From Octopus vulgaris (taxonomy: Eukaryota): a DNA stretch of 64,000 bases. The notes below the pieces were generated by a model that did not search any database, had not been told where the DNA came from, and saw only the letters and a program-made list of their open reading frames with translations. This document shows, piece by piece, positions 50,821 to 63,157 of this stretch (positions are counted from its first letter, which is position 1; every line of letters begins with the position of its first letter). The stretch is from positions 38,626,001 to 38,690,000 of the forward strand of contig OX597826.1 of the NCBI GenBank assembly GCA_951406725.2, in the 5' to 3' direction. The position numbers and the translations under genes were made by a program.

Positions 50821-52340
50821 ACAATTGGAAACAAAAAAACACTGCTTGTATGATGGTGACAATTATTTACAACCATCACATAATGTCAAGACAAGATTTG
50901 TGACAAGCAGATACAAACATACATATATGTATAGAATGGATTTCTTTCAGTTTCTGTTTAGTAAATCCATTTATGAGGCATTGGTTGGCTTGGGGATATA
51001 GTAGAAGACACTTCCTCAAAGTGCTGTGCAATGGGACTAAACTTAATAATGTGACTAGGAAACAAACTTCTTAGCCATACAGTCTATGCTGAGTATATTC
51101 TAACACATACATACACATCATCATCATCATCGTTTAGCGTCCACTTTCCATGCAGCCATGGGTTGGACAGTTCAACTGGGGTCTGGGAAGCCAGAAGGCT
51201 GCACCAGGCCCAGTCTGATCTGGCAATGTTTCTACGGCTGCATGCCCTTCCTAATGCCAACCACTCCATGAGTGTAGAGGGTGCTTTTTACGTGCCAGGT
51301 GGGGGCTGTCAACGTCCACGATTGGATGGTGCTTTTACGTGCCACTGGCACGGAGGCCAGGCATAGCTGTCAATGGCCAGTCGGGGCGGCGCTGGCAACG
51401 GCTACGTTCAGATGGTTCTCTTATGTGCCACTGGCACTGGTATCGCAGCCGGCACTGAGTAAATAGATTACTTGATTGATCAACAGAATATAGGTCAGTG
51501 AAACCAATGGAGGATACCTTATTATGATCACCAGTATCATTATTGATACACACCACTAGGTACAGAAATATATAAGGCTACAAAAGTGTTCTTTCTATTA
51601 GGTGGTGTGACAAAGACTTTTGACAGGGAGCAACACATGAGATTACTAGGAATTAGTTCTTATTCAGCATTCCTGCCATCCTAGAATTGGTTTGTTCACA
51701 TTAATACAAACTGGGAGGGGGACATGATTTCTGTAGCTTGATGCTCTTCCTCTCCCCAACCATTTCATAGAGTGTATTGAATACATTTGGCACAAAAGAA
51801 ATTTTCTGTAGTAGGACTACAATGTTCACACAACCCTGAACCAGTTTTTCCTAGTCTACACTGAGGCTTGCATAGTTTATGTTTCATGCATATATATATA
51901 TATTGTGTCATCACCATCATCATGAAACATCCAGAAATACCTGTGGCAGTCCTTCACCTCACCATCCACCACAGTCTTGTGTTGCTCTCTGTCAAAGTCC
52001 TTCATGTCTCCACCTACCACACCCATTGTCTTGTTACCCTTTGTAGTCCTTCACTTCACAACCTACCCTAGTCCTTTGTCTAGCTGTGTGTCAACCTTTT
52101 ATCATCATATACAGTCATCCATTGTTCTGCTGCCTCTCACATCCTTTCATCTCAACACCTGGCATAATCTTCCTACATGCCTCTGTCCTTCATCTCATCA
52201 CCCACCATAATATTTTCTGTTGCTATTGCTCACAATCATTATTTATCTTACCACCTGCCGCAGTCCATTATTTTGCAACCTGTGAGAAGCCTACATCTTA
52301 CCAACTACAGAAGCTTTTGATTTGCAATATGTAACAGTCA

Positions 52341-52565
52341 GGCGAGCTGGCAGAATCGTTAGCACGTTGGGCGAAATGCGTAGCTGTATTTCGTCTGCCG
52401 TTATGTTCTGAGTTCAAATTCCGCTGAGGTCGACTTTGCCTTTCATCCTTTGGGCTCGATAAATTAAGTACCAGTTACGCACTGGGGTTGATGTAATCGA
52501 CTTAATCCGTTTGTCTGTCCTTGTTTGTCCCCTCTATGTTTAGCCCTTTGTGGGCAATAAAGAAA
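52341..52565 (+). mobile_element. tRNA-derived SINE family C with Nin/Deu-like core
   Basis: Head GGCGAGCTGGCAGAATCGTTAGC, box B GAGTTCAAATTCC, core GCCTTTCATCCTTT..GATAAATTAAGTACCAG. Copies near 19800-19985, 49680-49850, 50067-50285(-), 54735-54900(-), 60985-61120(-), 61608-61825(-). Confidence 0.8.
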
Positions 52566-52899
52566 CAAATATGTAACAGTCCTTTGTTTCGCTACATGCT
52601 ACAGCCCTGTGACTTTCTATCAATCACAATTCTTTATTTCACCTCCTACTACTTTCCATGTCTTGCTACCTGTGGCAGACCTTTTCACCACTTAACACAG
52701 TCCACTGTCTTACCACCTATCATAGTTCTTCATCTTACCCTCTTACCACAGTCCTTTGTGTTGCTACTTTCACAGTTCTTCATCTCACATTCTATTATTG
52801 CTTTTTAACTTGACACCTGTTGTTGCCCTTCATCTTACCACCAATAGCAATTACTATCATTGTCATCCATCTCATTACTTAACAGATTTCATATGACAC

Positions 52900-53309
52900 T
52901 GCTACGGAAAATGGGATTTTTTTCTCGTGGTGTCAAATGAAAATGTCACCCATAATTATAACCCTAGTATCGATCTATTGCATTTCAATCTGTTTTAGGG
53001 TTAGGGTTAGGGGTGGGGGAAGGGTATCTTTTTTTCTTCGCAAATGTAAATAAACCCAATCTGTTTCTTAAAGGAGGGACATATTCATACAGCACGGAAT
53101 GTTTTCACCCCAAATGGACTCCAGCGATTGGTTAAAATTGCCGAAATGCTCGATTTTAAAGTGGAAATATCTTACAAACTATAGAATTTTCTCAATAAAG
53201 CCAAGAAAAAATGATGTTTTATAAACACATTCTACCAGTATACGAAGTTTAAAAGTGTTTAGTTTACTAGAAATTGTGTTGAAAACTGCTGTTCAAGAGG
53301 AAGAGATCC
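52900..53309. mobile_element. Unclassified insertion containing (TTAGGG)3
   Basis: Abrupt compositional switch inside the satellite; telomere-type repeats at 52995-53012. Confidence 0.45.
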
Positions 53310-55311
53310 ATCCTTTCTCTTGCTACCTGTCATAGTTCTTTATCTTATCACCAACCACATTCTATTGATTTCCTCCAGCTGGATTCCTTCATCTCATCAC
53401 CTATCACTGTCTTTTGTCTAACTCTTACAGTTCTACATTTTGTCACCTCCTATAGTCTTACATTTTGGTAACTGTTGCAGTTCTTCATCATCATTTCTTA
53501 CAGCTCATTACAGTCTTTCATCTCACCACTTAACACAGTCCTTTGCCTCACCACCTGACAGAGTCTTGCATCTTCCCACCTAGTGTAGTTAATTTTTCTC
53601 ATCACCTATCTGTCCTTCATCTCATCACCTACACAATCTTTTGTCTCACCACCTGCAACAATCCTTTGTCTTGCTACATGTTATTGTCCTGTTATTGCTA
53701 CCTTCTGCTACCTGTTATCATCCTTCATCTTGCTATCTTCCACAGCCCTTCATCTTACTACCTTTCACATCCCTTCATGTTGACAATTACTCCATTCTTT
53801 TGTCTTGCTACCTGTCACAGTCCTTCATTTTGCTATCTGTTGTATTCCTTCGATTTACTGCTAGTTGTATCCCTTTTAACTCTAACATGTTCCTTTATCT
53901 CATTACATATTGCAGGCACTTTTTCAAAAGGTACTCACAATGACAATGAGGCAAAAAATGACCAACCTCATGTTTGGGACAGTTTTTTTATTGACTACTT
54001 TACAGTTTGGACTGAGTTTTCCGTTATCTTTACACCCACGCCTGAGAAGTTGTTTGAAAAACTAAAGACACCCTATATCTACTTTGTCCTTGTTCACCAG
54101 TACTAAGTAGACTGTCTTTTTCACAAGATTAAAGAAAACTTCCCTACTCTATTTTTTTTTCTTATGGTGGCAGTGTTATGGTTGTGATGTTGAGAGGTTT
54201 ATGGAGTTGGTGGTGTTAGTTAATGATGGTAACATTAGTGCTTGTGTTGCTACTATGAGAGGTGGTGAAGTGGTGGTGATGATGTAAGGGTTGTAGTTAT
54301 TAGCAGTGATATGGAGAGAAACCAGTAACAGAAGTAGTGGAGGGGTGGTGGTGTAGAAAAGGTGCTGTGAAGATAATGGTGTTGGTAGTGGAAATTGATG
54401 GTATAGAGAAGTGGTGGTGGTGGTGGTAGTGGTGGTGGACAGTAGATGCTGGTTGTAGAGTAGAGAAGGAAGAATGCTAAAGTAGGTTACCACTGATTAG
54501 TCAGTCAGATCTCTACTTCTCACAATAACAGAACAGGATAGGTTATGTCTCAAGTGTTTATATCTTCATTACACACACACACACACACATACACACACAC
54601 AATATGGAGAGGGAGTGGTGAAAGAGGAAAATAGTGTGACCAGACGGTGGTGGTGGGAGAGTTGTGGTCAACTCCTACCTACCAACTCCTACTTTGATTC
54701 CATCAACATCTAGGATGTATTATAGGATTATTGATTTCAAATTTTGGCAAAAGTCCAGTAATTTTGGAGAAGGGTATGTCAATTACATCAACCTCGGTGC
54801 TCAACTGCTTCTTAGTTTATTGACCCAAAGTCAATCTTGGTGGAATTTCAACTCAGAATGCAAAGACAGGTGAAATACCCGCAAAGCATTTTGCCGCCTT
54901 ACAGTATAGCATTATTAAATATATCTTGGTGATTTGATTGGTACGTTTAATTCTATAAGGCAAAATATCTTTTGCCAAACCACTAGGTTACAGGAACATA
55001 AACACACCAATACCAGTTGTCAAAAAGTGGTGGGAGATGCACAAAGACACACACAAACAGAACACAGTATTGACTTATAAACTTAATATACTTGGTAGTA
55101 TATTTTGGTTACTAAACAAAGTACAGCGTCCCTAGCAGCAATTGATATGTACATACAAGTTGCTAAGAACATGCTTAATATGTAAATTGGTCTATCCAAT
55201 AGTGTTGCACTGCTAAACATAGTGGTTATTTAAGCAATGTGGATGTATATGGATGGTCAATGGGTTGGATGTGGTGCTGAAGAAAGAGTAAGAACTCCTG
55301 AAATATGCATA

Positions 55312-56193
55312 TACAACGAGGTGCCTAAATGTAATCAGAAAAGTTCTCTGAAGGACAAGCCCTTTGTAGTTCAGGCTTCCAATGCTAAAAGTCACTTGAT
55401 GCAACCCTCAGGCTGCAGTCTGCTGACTGGTAGAGAGAAGTCATCTTTGTTGCATCTTTGTTTTGCAATGTTTTTCCCCTGTATGTAGATTTTTGTGATG
55501 GCTGAAATGAAGGAACAGCATGCTTCCATGAAATTCTGTTTTCTGCAAGGGAAACAGCATCCGAAACAGTTGTCATGCTTCAAACAGCTTACAAGGATGC
55601 TGCCATGAGCAAAACACAAATTTATAAGTGGTTTTAATGTTTTAGGGATGTTCATTTGTTGCTTGAAGAGGTGACCATTCAGGGTGACTACCGACCTCCC
55701 AAAAGTAGGAAAACATCATGAAAATTCATGAACTGATTTTGGAGGACTGTTACCAAACAATTGAGGATCTTGTTGATATGACTGGTGTGTCAACAAATTT
55801 TGAGTGAGGTATTGCAAATGACAAGAGTTGCAAGAAAATTTGTACCTCATCTGCTCATGGAAGATCGAAAGCAGTTACTACTGAGTGCATGTCATGAACC
55901 AAAAGAACAGTTTGTAAGTTGATCCAGATCTTTTTGCAAAGGTCATCACTGGTGACAAAAGCTGGTACTACAGAATTTGCAGATGTAGGAGAGGTGAAGA
56001 AAAAAATGACAGAGGTGTTAAAAGGCATCACTTCACAGGAGTTCCAACACTGCTTCAAACAGTGGAAAATGTGTTTGGACATGCATTGTTTCAAATGGAG
56101 AATACTTCAAAGGCAATAAAAGTGTAAACATGTAAAACTAAGTGAATAAAATAATACTGCAAAATTCCAGTTTCTTTTGAGTACCCCCTCGTA
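55312..56193 (+). mobile_element. Internally deleted mariner element
   Basis: EQHASMKFCF..GKTASETVVMLQTAYKDAAMSKTQIYKWF, RVARKFVPHLL, VITGDKSWY, EFQHCFKQWK. Right TIR ...TTTTGAGTACCCCCTCG-TA; degenerate left TIR. Confidence 0.88.
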
Positions 56194-56980
56194 CACTCAT
56201 TCCCTATTTTTCTATCTTTGATTGTATTGTTAACATAGATGTATTCATAAACTAAACCTCATAATTTCAAGTGTTGGCTCTAAATACTATAGAATATCTG
56301 TAGAGGTAAATTAAAAGTAACATATAATGTACTGTTCTGTGACAGAAAATTCAACATAAAAAGTTTTATTTATTTAAATGGCATAAAACATGTATTTAAG
56401 CACTATTAATAGTGTCTATGTTGAGAAAAAATCAATCATATTCTTCAGGCACAAACCACATGTTATAATGAACTAAAAAACTTGAATTACAAAAGAAATA
56501 TGAAAAAAAACTGAGAAGGCAGCATATAGAAAATGCAGAAAGTAAACAACAGAAAATGAAAAATGAAAGCATAAAAACTAAAATGTAAAAAATAAAAAGT
56601 AAAAAGGTAAAAGAGCTATCCTCCTTACCTGAAATGTTAAGGCTGAAAAGATATGAAGTTAGGTGGAATTTTCCAATTCTTCAAAATATATTTATACATA
56701 TGCTTGCAACTACTGAAAACTTCTGACCTAGAATTCAGTAGAGAGTTAGGGATCTTAGATCTGACCTGGATCTGCACTCTTTCAGTTAAACAAAACCTAC
56801 ATGTATTCTATCCATTCATGTAAGGTATGGATTTCTCAATTACTTTCCATTTAATCATGTGGTGTTTCATTATCTTTTGAAGTCCATACATAGATGAAAG
56901 AGCACAGATTCTGTTCAGATCTGAGATCCCTAACTCTCTATTGAATCCTTGGTCAGAAATTTTCAGTGGTTGCATGCATA

Positions 56981-57339
56981 GGTGCAGGAGTGGCTGTGTG
57001 GTAAGAAGCTTGCTTCCCAACCACATGGATCTGGGTTCAGTCCCACTGCATGGCACCTTGGGCTGTCTTCTACAATAGCCTCAAGTCAACCAAAGCCTTG
57101 TAAGTGGATTAAGCCCATCATATATATGTTATTTGTGTCTGTGTTTGTCCTCCCACCATCCACTTGACGACCGATGATGGGGTGTTTACATCCCTGTCAC
57201 TTAGCAGTTCGGCAAAAAGAGACTATTAGAATAAGTACTAGGCTTACAAAGAATAAGTCCTGGGGTCGATTTGTTCAACTAAAGGCAGTGCTCCAGCATG
57301 GCCGCAGTCAAATGACTGAAACAAGTAAAAGAATAAAGA
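56981..57339 (+). mobile_element. SINE family A copy inserted inside an inverted-repeat structure
   Basis: Matches 3584-3990 from GGTGCAGGAGTGGCTG to the A-rich tail. Confidence 0.85.
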
Positions 57340-57526
57340 TCATCTAAGGTCTAAGGAGAATAGCTCTTTTACCTTTTTACATTTAAAGTTTTACATTTTA
57401 GTTTTTGTTTTCATTTTCCGTTTTTTGTTTCCCCTTTTTTACTCCCTGTTTTCTATATGCTGCCTTCTCAGTTTTTTTGCATTTCTTCTATTATTCAAGT
57501 TTTTTTAGTTTGTTATGAAGTGGTTT

Positions 57527-57580
57527 GCACCTGAAGAATATGCTTGAGTATTTCTCAACATATGAAACTATTAGTAGCAC
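57527..57580 (+). ncRNA. Degenerate type-I hammerhead motif in an inverted-repeat arm
   Basis: GCAC-CUGAAGA-AUAUGcUUGAG(uauuu)CUCAACAUAU-GAAA-CUAUUAG-UA-GCAC; more decayed partner at 56400-56452(-). Confidence 0.62.
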
Positions 57581-57618
57581 TTAAATACATGTATTGTGCC
57601 CTTTAAATAAATACGTAT

Positions 57619-58490
57619 TTTGCATCTGACATAAATGCCTTCTTCATGCATAATGCTCATTACGGTTGTTCTCTCTGTTGGTGTGATAATGTGTTTTACC
57701 TCTTGTAGTAACATGCATTTGCATTTTTGTAGTTGGCTTAGTTCTGTTCATATTCTGTTCTTAGTGTTTAGGATTATCGTTCTTTTAAGACTAAAAAGAG
57801 CAATAATGCTAAACACTAAGAAGAGAAAAAATGCAAATGCAATGTTACAACGGGAGGTAAAATACATCACCACACCAAAATCAAAATCAAAATCAAAATT
57901 GATCAACATCAATGGAAATTGTAGCTGTGATACCAGAGCCAGTGGCACGTAAGAGAACCATCCGAACGTGGCCATTGCCAGCACTGCCCCAACCGGCCTC
58001 TGTGCCGGTGGCACGTAAAAGACACCTTCCGATTGTGGGGTTTGCCAGCCTCACCTGGCCTCCGTGCCGGTGGCACATAAAAAGCACCATCCGACCGTGG
58101 CCGTTGCCAGCCTCCGTGTCGGTGGCACATAAAAAGCACCATCCAATCGTGGCCGTTGCCAGCCTCGCCTGGCCTCCTTGCCGGTGGCACGTAAAATGCA
58201 CCATCCGATCGTGGCCGTCTGCCAGCCTCATCTGGCACGTAAAAAGCACCCACTACACTCATGGAGTGGTTGGTGTTAGGAAGGGCATCCAGCTGTAGAA
58301 ACATTTTCAGATCAGACTGGGCCTGGTGCAGCCTTCTGGCTTCCCAGACCCCAGTTGAACCGTCCAACCCATGCTAGCATGGAAAGCGGACGCTAAACGA
58401 TAATGATGATGATGATGATGATGATGACACCAACGGAGAGCAACCTTAATGAACATTATGCATGAAGAAAGCATTTATGTCAGATGCAAA
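57619..58490. repeat. Imperfect palindrome (axis about 57790) split by a SINE B insertion
   Basis: 57619-57787 is complementary to 57793-57878 plus 58427-58490. Confidence 0.85.
57879..58426 (+). mobile_element. SINE-like family B with internal minisatellite and (GAT)n tail
   Basis: 7-bp TSD ACACCAA (57872-57878 / 58427-58433); AGGAAGGGCATCCAGC core; (GAT)n tail. Truncated copies at 9360-9537(-), 13709-13763(-), 14141-14352(-), 32315-32505(-), 44221-44455(+), 51118-51458(-). Confidence 0.85.
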
Positions 58491-61400
58491 TGCAAGAAAC
58501 ACTTAAACAAGAAATTCACATGGATGAGGTACAAACAGCATATGTATATGTATATGTACATATCAGTGGCGACTCCAGCCCTCGGGCTGTTCAGGCTTGG
58601 CCTGAGTATAAATTTAGTAAAGTGAATGTGTATTTGCAAGCTGTTTTAATTTCTGCCAATACTGACTTCAAGTATGTAATTGCAGTCAATAACTCAGGTT
58701 CCTTTTATTGAGCCTGGTCACTGTTCATTTATTTTCGGTCAGGGTCTGGCAGTCATCTTAGAGATGCCCTGTGTCAAAAATTATCATTCATCGCAGACAT
58801 TCTCTTGACCTCGTTCACACACGCCTGACTTGGGCTCAGAAGTTACAACCAGAATTGTTATTTATAATTGTAAAAATTAAAAGTATTTCAAATTCAATGC
58901 TTTCTTGAAACAACAAATTATAGAGATTTAAGATTTAGATTTCAATCTATGAAAAGTTTCCGTTCTACAATATTCTTAAAGGAATGAAAAATTATTTAGC
59001 AACCCGGGCTAATACGAATGAGCCTGGTAGGTGTAAAGACTAACTGGTATCTCTTGTCAAGAATACAGGTGACAGTGAGATTGCTGTTTGTTGTGAACTC
59101 CACTGTTATTATTTGATTGCTGTTGTTCTTTATATCTGTGTGTAAAGATCAGTTGTGCTTTGCAGGGTTGCTTTACTTTTGCACTTAACTTAGAAATAGA
59201 GAAAGACATAGTGCTAAATATAAAAAAAATAAGCCATTTAGGGCTAGAAATATTGCAGGAAAGCATGAAATTCTTCAAGCAGGCATGTGTCATATACAAA
59301 ATCTATGATGAGCCCAAATGACGGAATCTGTGATAAGCCTGAGTGACGTTGATAACTTGGAGTTTCCGTTGGTTGGTAGGCAGATATGCATACATACATG
59401 CATGTATGTATGTATACAATGGGCTTCTTTTAGTTTCTGTCTACTAAATCTACTCACAAGTCTTTGGTTGGCCCAAAGCTATAGTAGAAGACACTTCTTC
59501 AAGGTGCTATGCTGTGGGACAGAACTTGGAACCATGTGGTCAGGAAGCAAACATCTAACTACACAGCCAAACTTTGAGATGAGAACTCCTCCTTTCGTCC
59601 TCAATGGCCACATCTGCATATTAAACTGCCTGCCATGTTCTCTCTCCTCCAGTGACCATAAGTGAATGTTTACACTGAAACTCCCTTTCACTCGTATGTT
59701 AGCTTTAATTCCTTTCTACCATGTGATATTTATACCCCAACAATGTATTGAGGTATAAATCAACAATACTTAAATACAGGGCTTGCTCTTTAATCAAATA
59801 GACAACAAAACAATAGTCAGTTACTAAGAACCAAAATATATACTCCCATTATACCCACATTACTAGACAACAGTAATTCTCTCAATGAGTTCCTTACTTA
59901 ATATTCCACTGCAATCCTTTTAACAACAAGTCTCTTGCCCTATCTAATATTTATGTGTCTCAAAAAATATTTCAAACAGTCAAACAAATAATTTTGATAA
60001 CAGTGACGCTTGCACATGATCAGTATTTTATATCAATCACTCCTACAATGGCTGAGTTAAGGCTAATTTTAAATCCAAAACAATTTCTTGATATATCACT
60101 GTTCTTAAATTACCACTAAAGCAACAATTACAAGTACTCCATGAAATTTTGAAAGAAATTCTCTCACTCAAAAAGGAGATAAGTTATGGTACAAACTGCC
60201 ACACTCTTAAAACCAGAATTTGTGCCCCAAGTATATGGGGTAGAGAACTACAAGGGTGATGATATAAAATATTAAAAATGATGTGGATTTTTGGTGGTTA
60301 ATCAATTTTGTTTTACAGTATGGTAAGTGATTAAAGTAGGACTGATGAGGGGCAACATGCAGTCAAAGAGCAGCAAAATGGATTTACAAATTCACTAGGG
60401 GATGGTAGGAAGGAATTAAAGCTAAAATACACTTGTAGTCATCGGAGGAGAAAGAACATGTGACAGGCAGTGTAAGACATGCACGTGTTCATTGAGGGTT
60501 AAAGGAGAAACAACCCGAAAGCTACCAAGCCATACTAAAATTGTTCCTAGCTGAATATACCAAGATAAAGGGCTTAAAACTGATGATACAGGACAACAAG
60601 TCTAGTTGCTACATATGATATATGAACTACCTTAATGTCTTTGCTTTGAAGAATTGGAAAGACTAGGCAAAGAAATGAGAAAGGAAAGTACAGAGACCAG
60701 CTGAGGGAGCAACAAAAGCAACAAGACCTAGTTTCCAGAGGTTCATCAGTCACAGTTCCCAGAACGGCAGAGAAAAGTTCAATGAACAAGCAAATAGAGA
60801 CCTAGCCCTCTAACAGTAGTACCACTCCATCATAATGTGATGAGGAATAGGTAACGTATTGGAGGAAATACAAAATGTAAAAAAAGAAAAGAAAATGAAT
60901 CAAAAAGTTGATGCAAACCAACTAAATTGGGAAAGGATAAATGATCTTGAAATAACAATGATGCCACTCCTCAGAATAATATTGGTCACAAATTTTGACA
61001 CAAGGCCAGCAATTTTGGGGTAGGGAGTCAGTCAATTACATCGACCCCAGTACTCAACTGGTACTTACTTAATGGGCACTAAATGAAAGGCAAGGTCTAC
61101 CTCAGTGGAATTTGAACTCAATATTTAAAACAATGAAGGGGAAGCTAAAAAACTGGGATTCTCAATTCTTCAAAAATGAAACAAACAATAGATAAAATTA
61201 CACATCTGTGGTGCTTAGGCTATTCAGATGAAGTAAAAATAACAGACACAATTGGGTCTGGAATATAAGAAATACACAAAGGATATATTGTGTGAATGAA
61301 AACCCAAAACACTTCTTACATTTTCCTTTTAATTATATCGTTATTAATCATTGATTTTTTTCTTTAGCATACAGTTTTTTTTCTATTTTGTACAAATGTT

Positions 61401-61842
61401 TGTGTTTTATCAATTTTAATTTGTCTATTGTATAACATCTTTCACCCATCCCACATCTTTATATAACTTCTCTGCCCTACCCAACACTTATCTGTAAGGC
61501 TCCTGTTTAATATTTCAGTAGTTTTCTGTATCTCTTCAAGCTTATAAGGCTTATAAAGAAATTATTATCATCATCATTATTATCATTATGATTTAATAAT
61601 AATAATAAACCTTTCTACAATAGGCACAAGGCTTGAAATTTGGGGAGAAGGGACTAGTTGATTACATAAGCATCAGTATTTCACTTGTACTTAATTTATC
61701 AACCCTGAAAGGATGAAAGGCAAAGTTGACTGTGGAAGAATTTGAACTCAGAACATAAAGATGGATGAAACGCCACAAAGTATTTCACCCTGCGTGCTAA
61801 CAATTTTGTCAGTCCGCCGCCTTCTTAATAATAATAATAATA

Positions 61843-61920
<78 letters not shown>

Positions 61921-62827
61921 CATAATAATAATAATAATAATAATCAACCAATCAAGCACTGAGGTTGATGTAATTAATTAGCCATATCCCCCAAACTATC
62001 AAGTTTTTGTGTATATAGTAGAAAGAATTATTAAAACTATTTGATTTGTTTACAGAAGTAATGAAGCAAGACTACAAACTAGAAAAAAGGGAAAGTTGAA
62101 AAAAAAAGTAAAGCTGGTAATCACTCACACATACACACATACACACACACATACGCACAATTTTTGCGCATATTTAATTACTGATTCAGAATGAACATTG
62201 ATTTAGCAAGTAGTTGGTGTCATAACTTCATGTTTATGTAAATTAAATAAAGGGGCCAAATAGACCCCATATGTATTACATAAAGAAAATATAGAATACT
62301 AACAGGTTATTTTGTTTGTTTATTTAATGTCCATTTATCTATGTTAATATGGTTTTGGACAAGGATACATTTGGAGTAGAATTTCATGACTTCATGCCCT
62401 TCCTCTCACGAGCTCATATCTGTTTTCAAATATTTTTATTCCACTGGTTCTCAAAACCAAAATTGACCAGTCATCATCTCAAGAAGGTATATAAACATAC
62501 AGTTTCCCTCCACCAGATTCACTCGCAAAGCATTGCTTGGCTAAAGTAGAAGACATCTGTCCAAAATATAGCAAAGCAGGGCTGAATTTAAAACCATGTG
62601 GTTGTGAAACGAATTTCTTAACCACACAGCTATGTCAGCATCTTCACATACTTTCTCTTTCTGATCTCTCTCTCTCTCTCACACACACACACATTTTGAA
62701 CAAATACACATCTCAGACAAGGTTTAGCATGGTGTGGGGAGTGTTTAAACCACAGCAATAACACTGATAGCATTTTGAACGGCATTAATGACAAGAAATG
62801 AAAGATGAATGTGTATCTCTAACATAC

Positions 62828-62927
62828 CTGCTTGTAGTTTCTCCCTCTTCCGTTTTTCTAGTCCCTGGAAGGTAAAACGAGCACAGATGAATGGAAATGA
62901 ATTTGATCTCTGCCTTACAAGTGGCAT
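62828..62927 (-). CDS. DLC1/STARD13-like: Candidate distal alternative first coding exon (MPLVRQRSNSFPFICARFTFQGLEKRKREKLQA-E)
   Basis: AAAA-ATG start context, 33 codons + 1 nt, phase-1 donor GCAG|gtatgt, giving KLQA-E-IEAKEAC. Ends in the same basic pattern as the 34.9-kb exon. Confidence 0.65.
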
Positions 62928-63119
62928 TTTTAAAAAAAAATTTCTTTTTATTATTCACATATCAAATAGACTGAAGGCCTGAATGGAAACAAAGATAAAG
63001 ATGACAAAGGACAAAAGAGAGGAAGCGGGAAAGAGAGAGTAAAGAAAAAGACAAGTGTATGGAGACGTGTGTGCGTGCACGCATGCGTGTGTATGAGTGT
63101 GTATGCATGGTATGTATAT

Positions 63120-63157
<38 letters not shown>

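Larger units (their letters stand above)
51945..53850. repeat. Degenerate 20-25-bp pyrimidine-rich minisatellite (CAGTCCTTCATCTTACCACCTGTCA-like), interrupted by SINE C and a MITE-like element
   Basis: Dozens of diverged units visible. Confidence 0.7.
56367..57613. repeat. Nested inverted repeats
   Basis: Outer arms 56367-56627 / 57352-57613; inner arms 56699-56784 / 56895-56980. Confidence 0.88.

Noticed and set aside
53543-54106. 187-aa hydrophobic ORF
   Set aside because: Translation of the degenerate minisatellite, with no domain or splice support.
56629-56700. Strong minus-strand donor CAG|gtaagg as a third alternative first exon
   Set aside because: The ATG frame stops before the donor, the phase-1 frame has no ATG, and the site lies at a repeat-arm junction.
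57893-58367. Overlapping 118-152-aa GC-rich ORFs
   Set aside because: They arise from the SINE B internal minisatellite.
58460-58502. ATGAAGA..GCATTT..AAATGC..GAAAC hammerhead-like arrangement
   Set aside because: Lacks the core C, the helix II closing pairs, the cleavage triplet and helix I.
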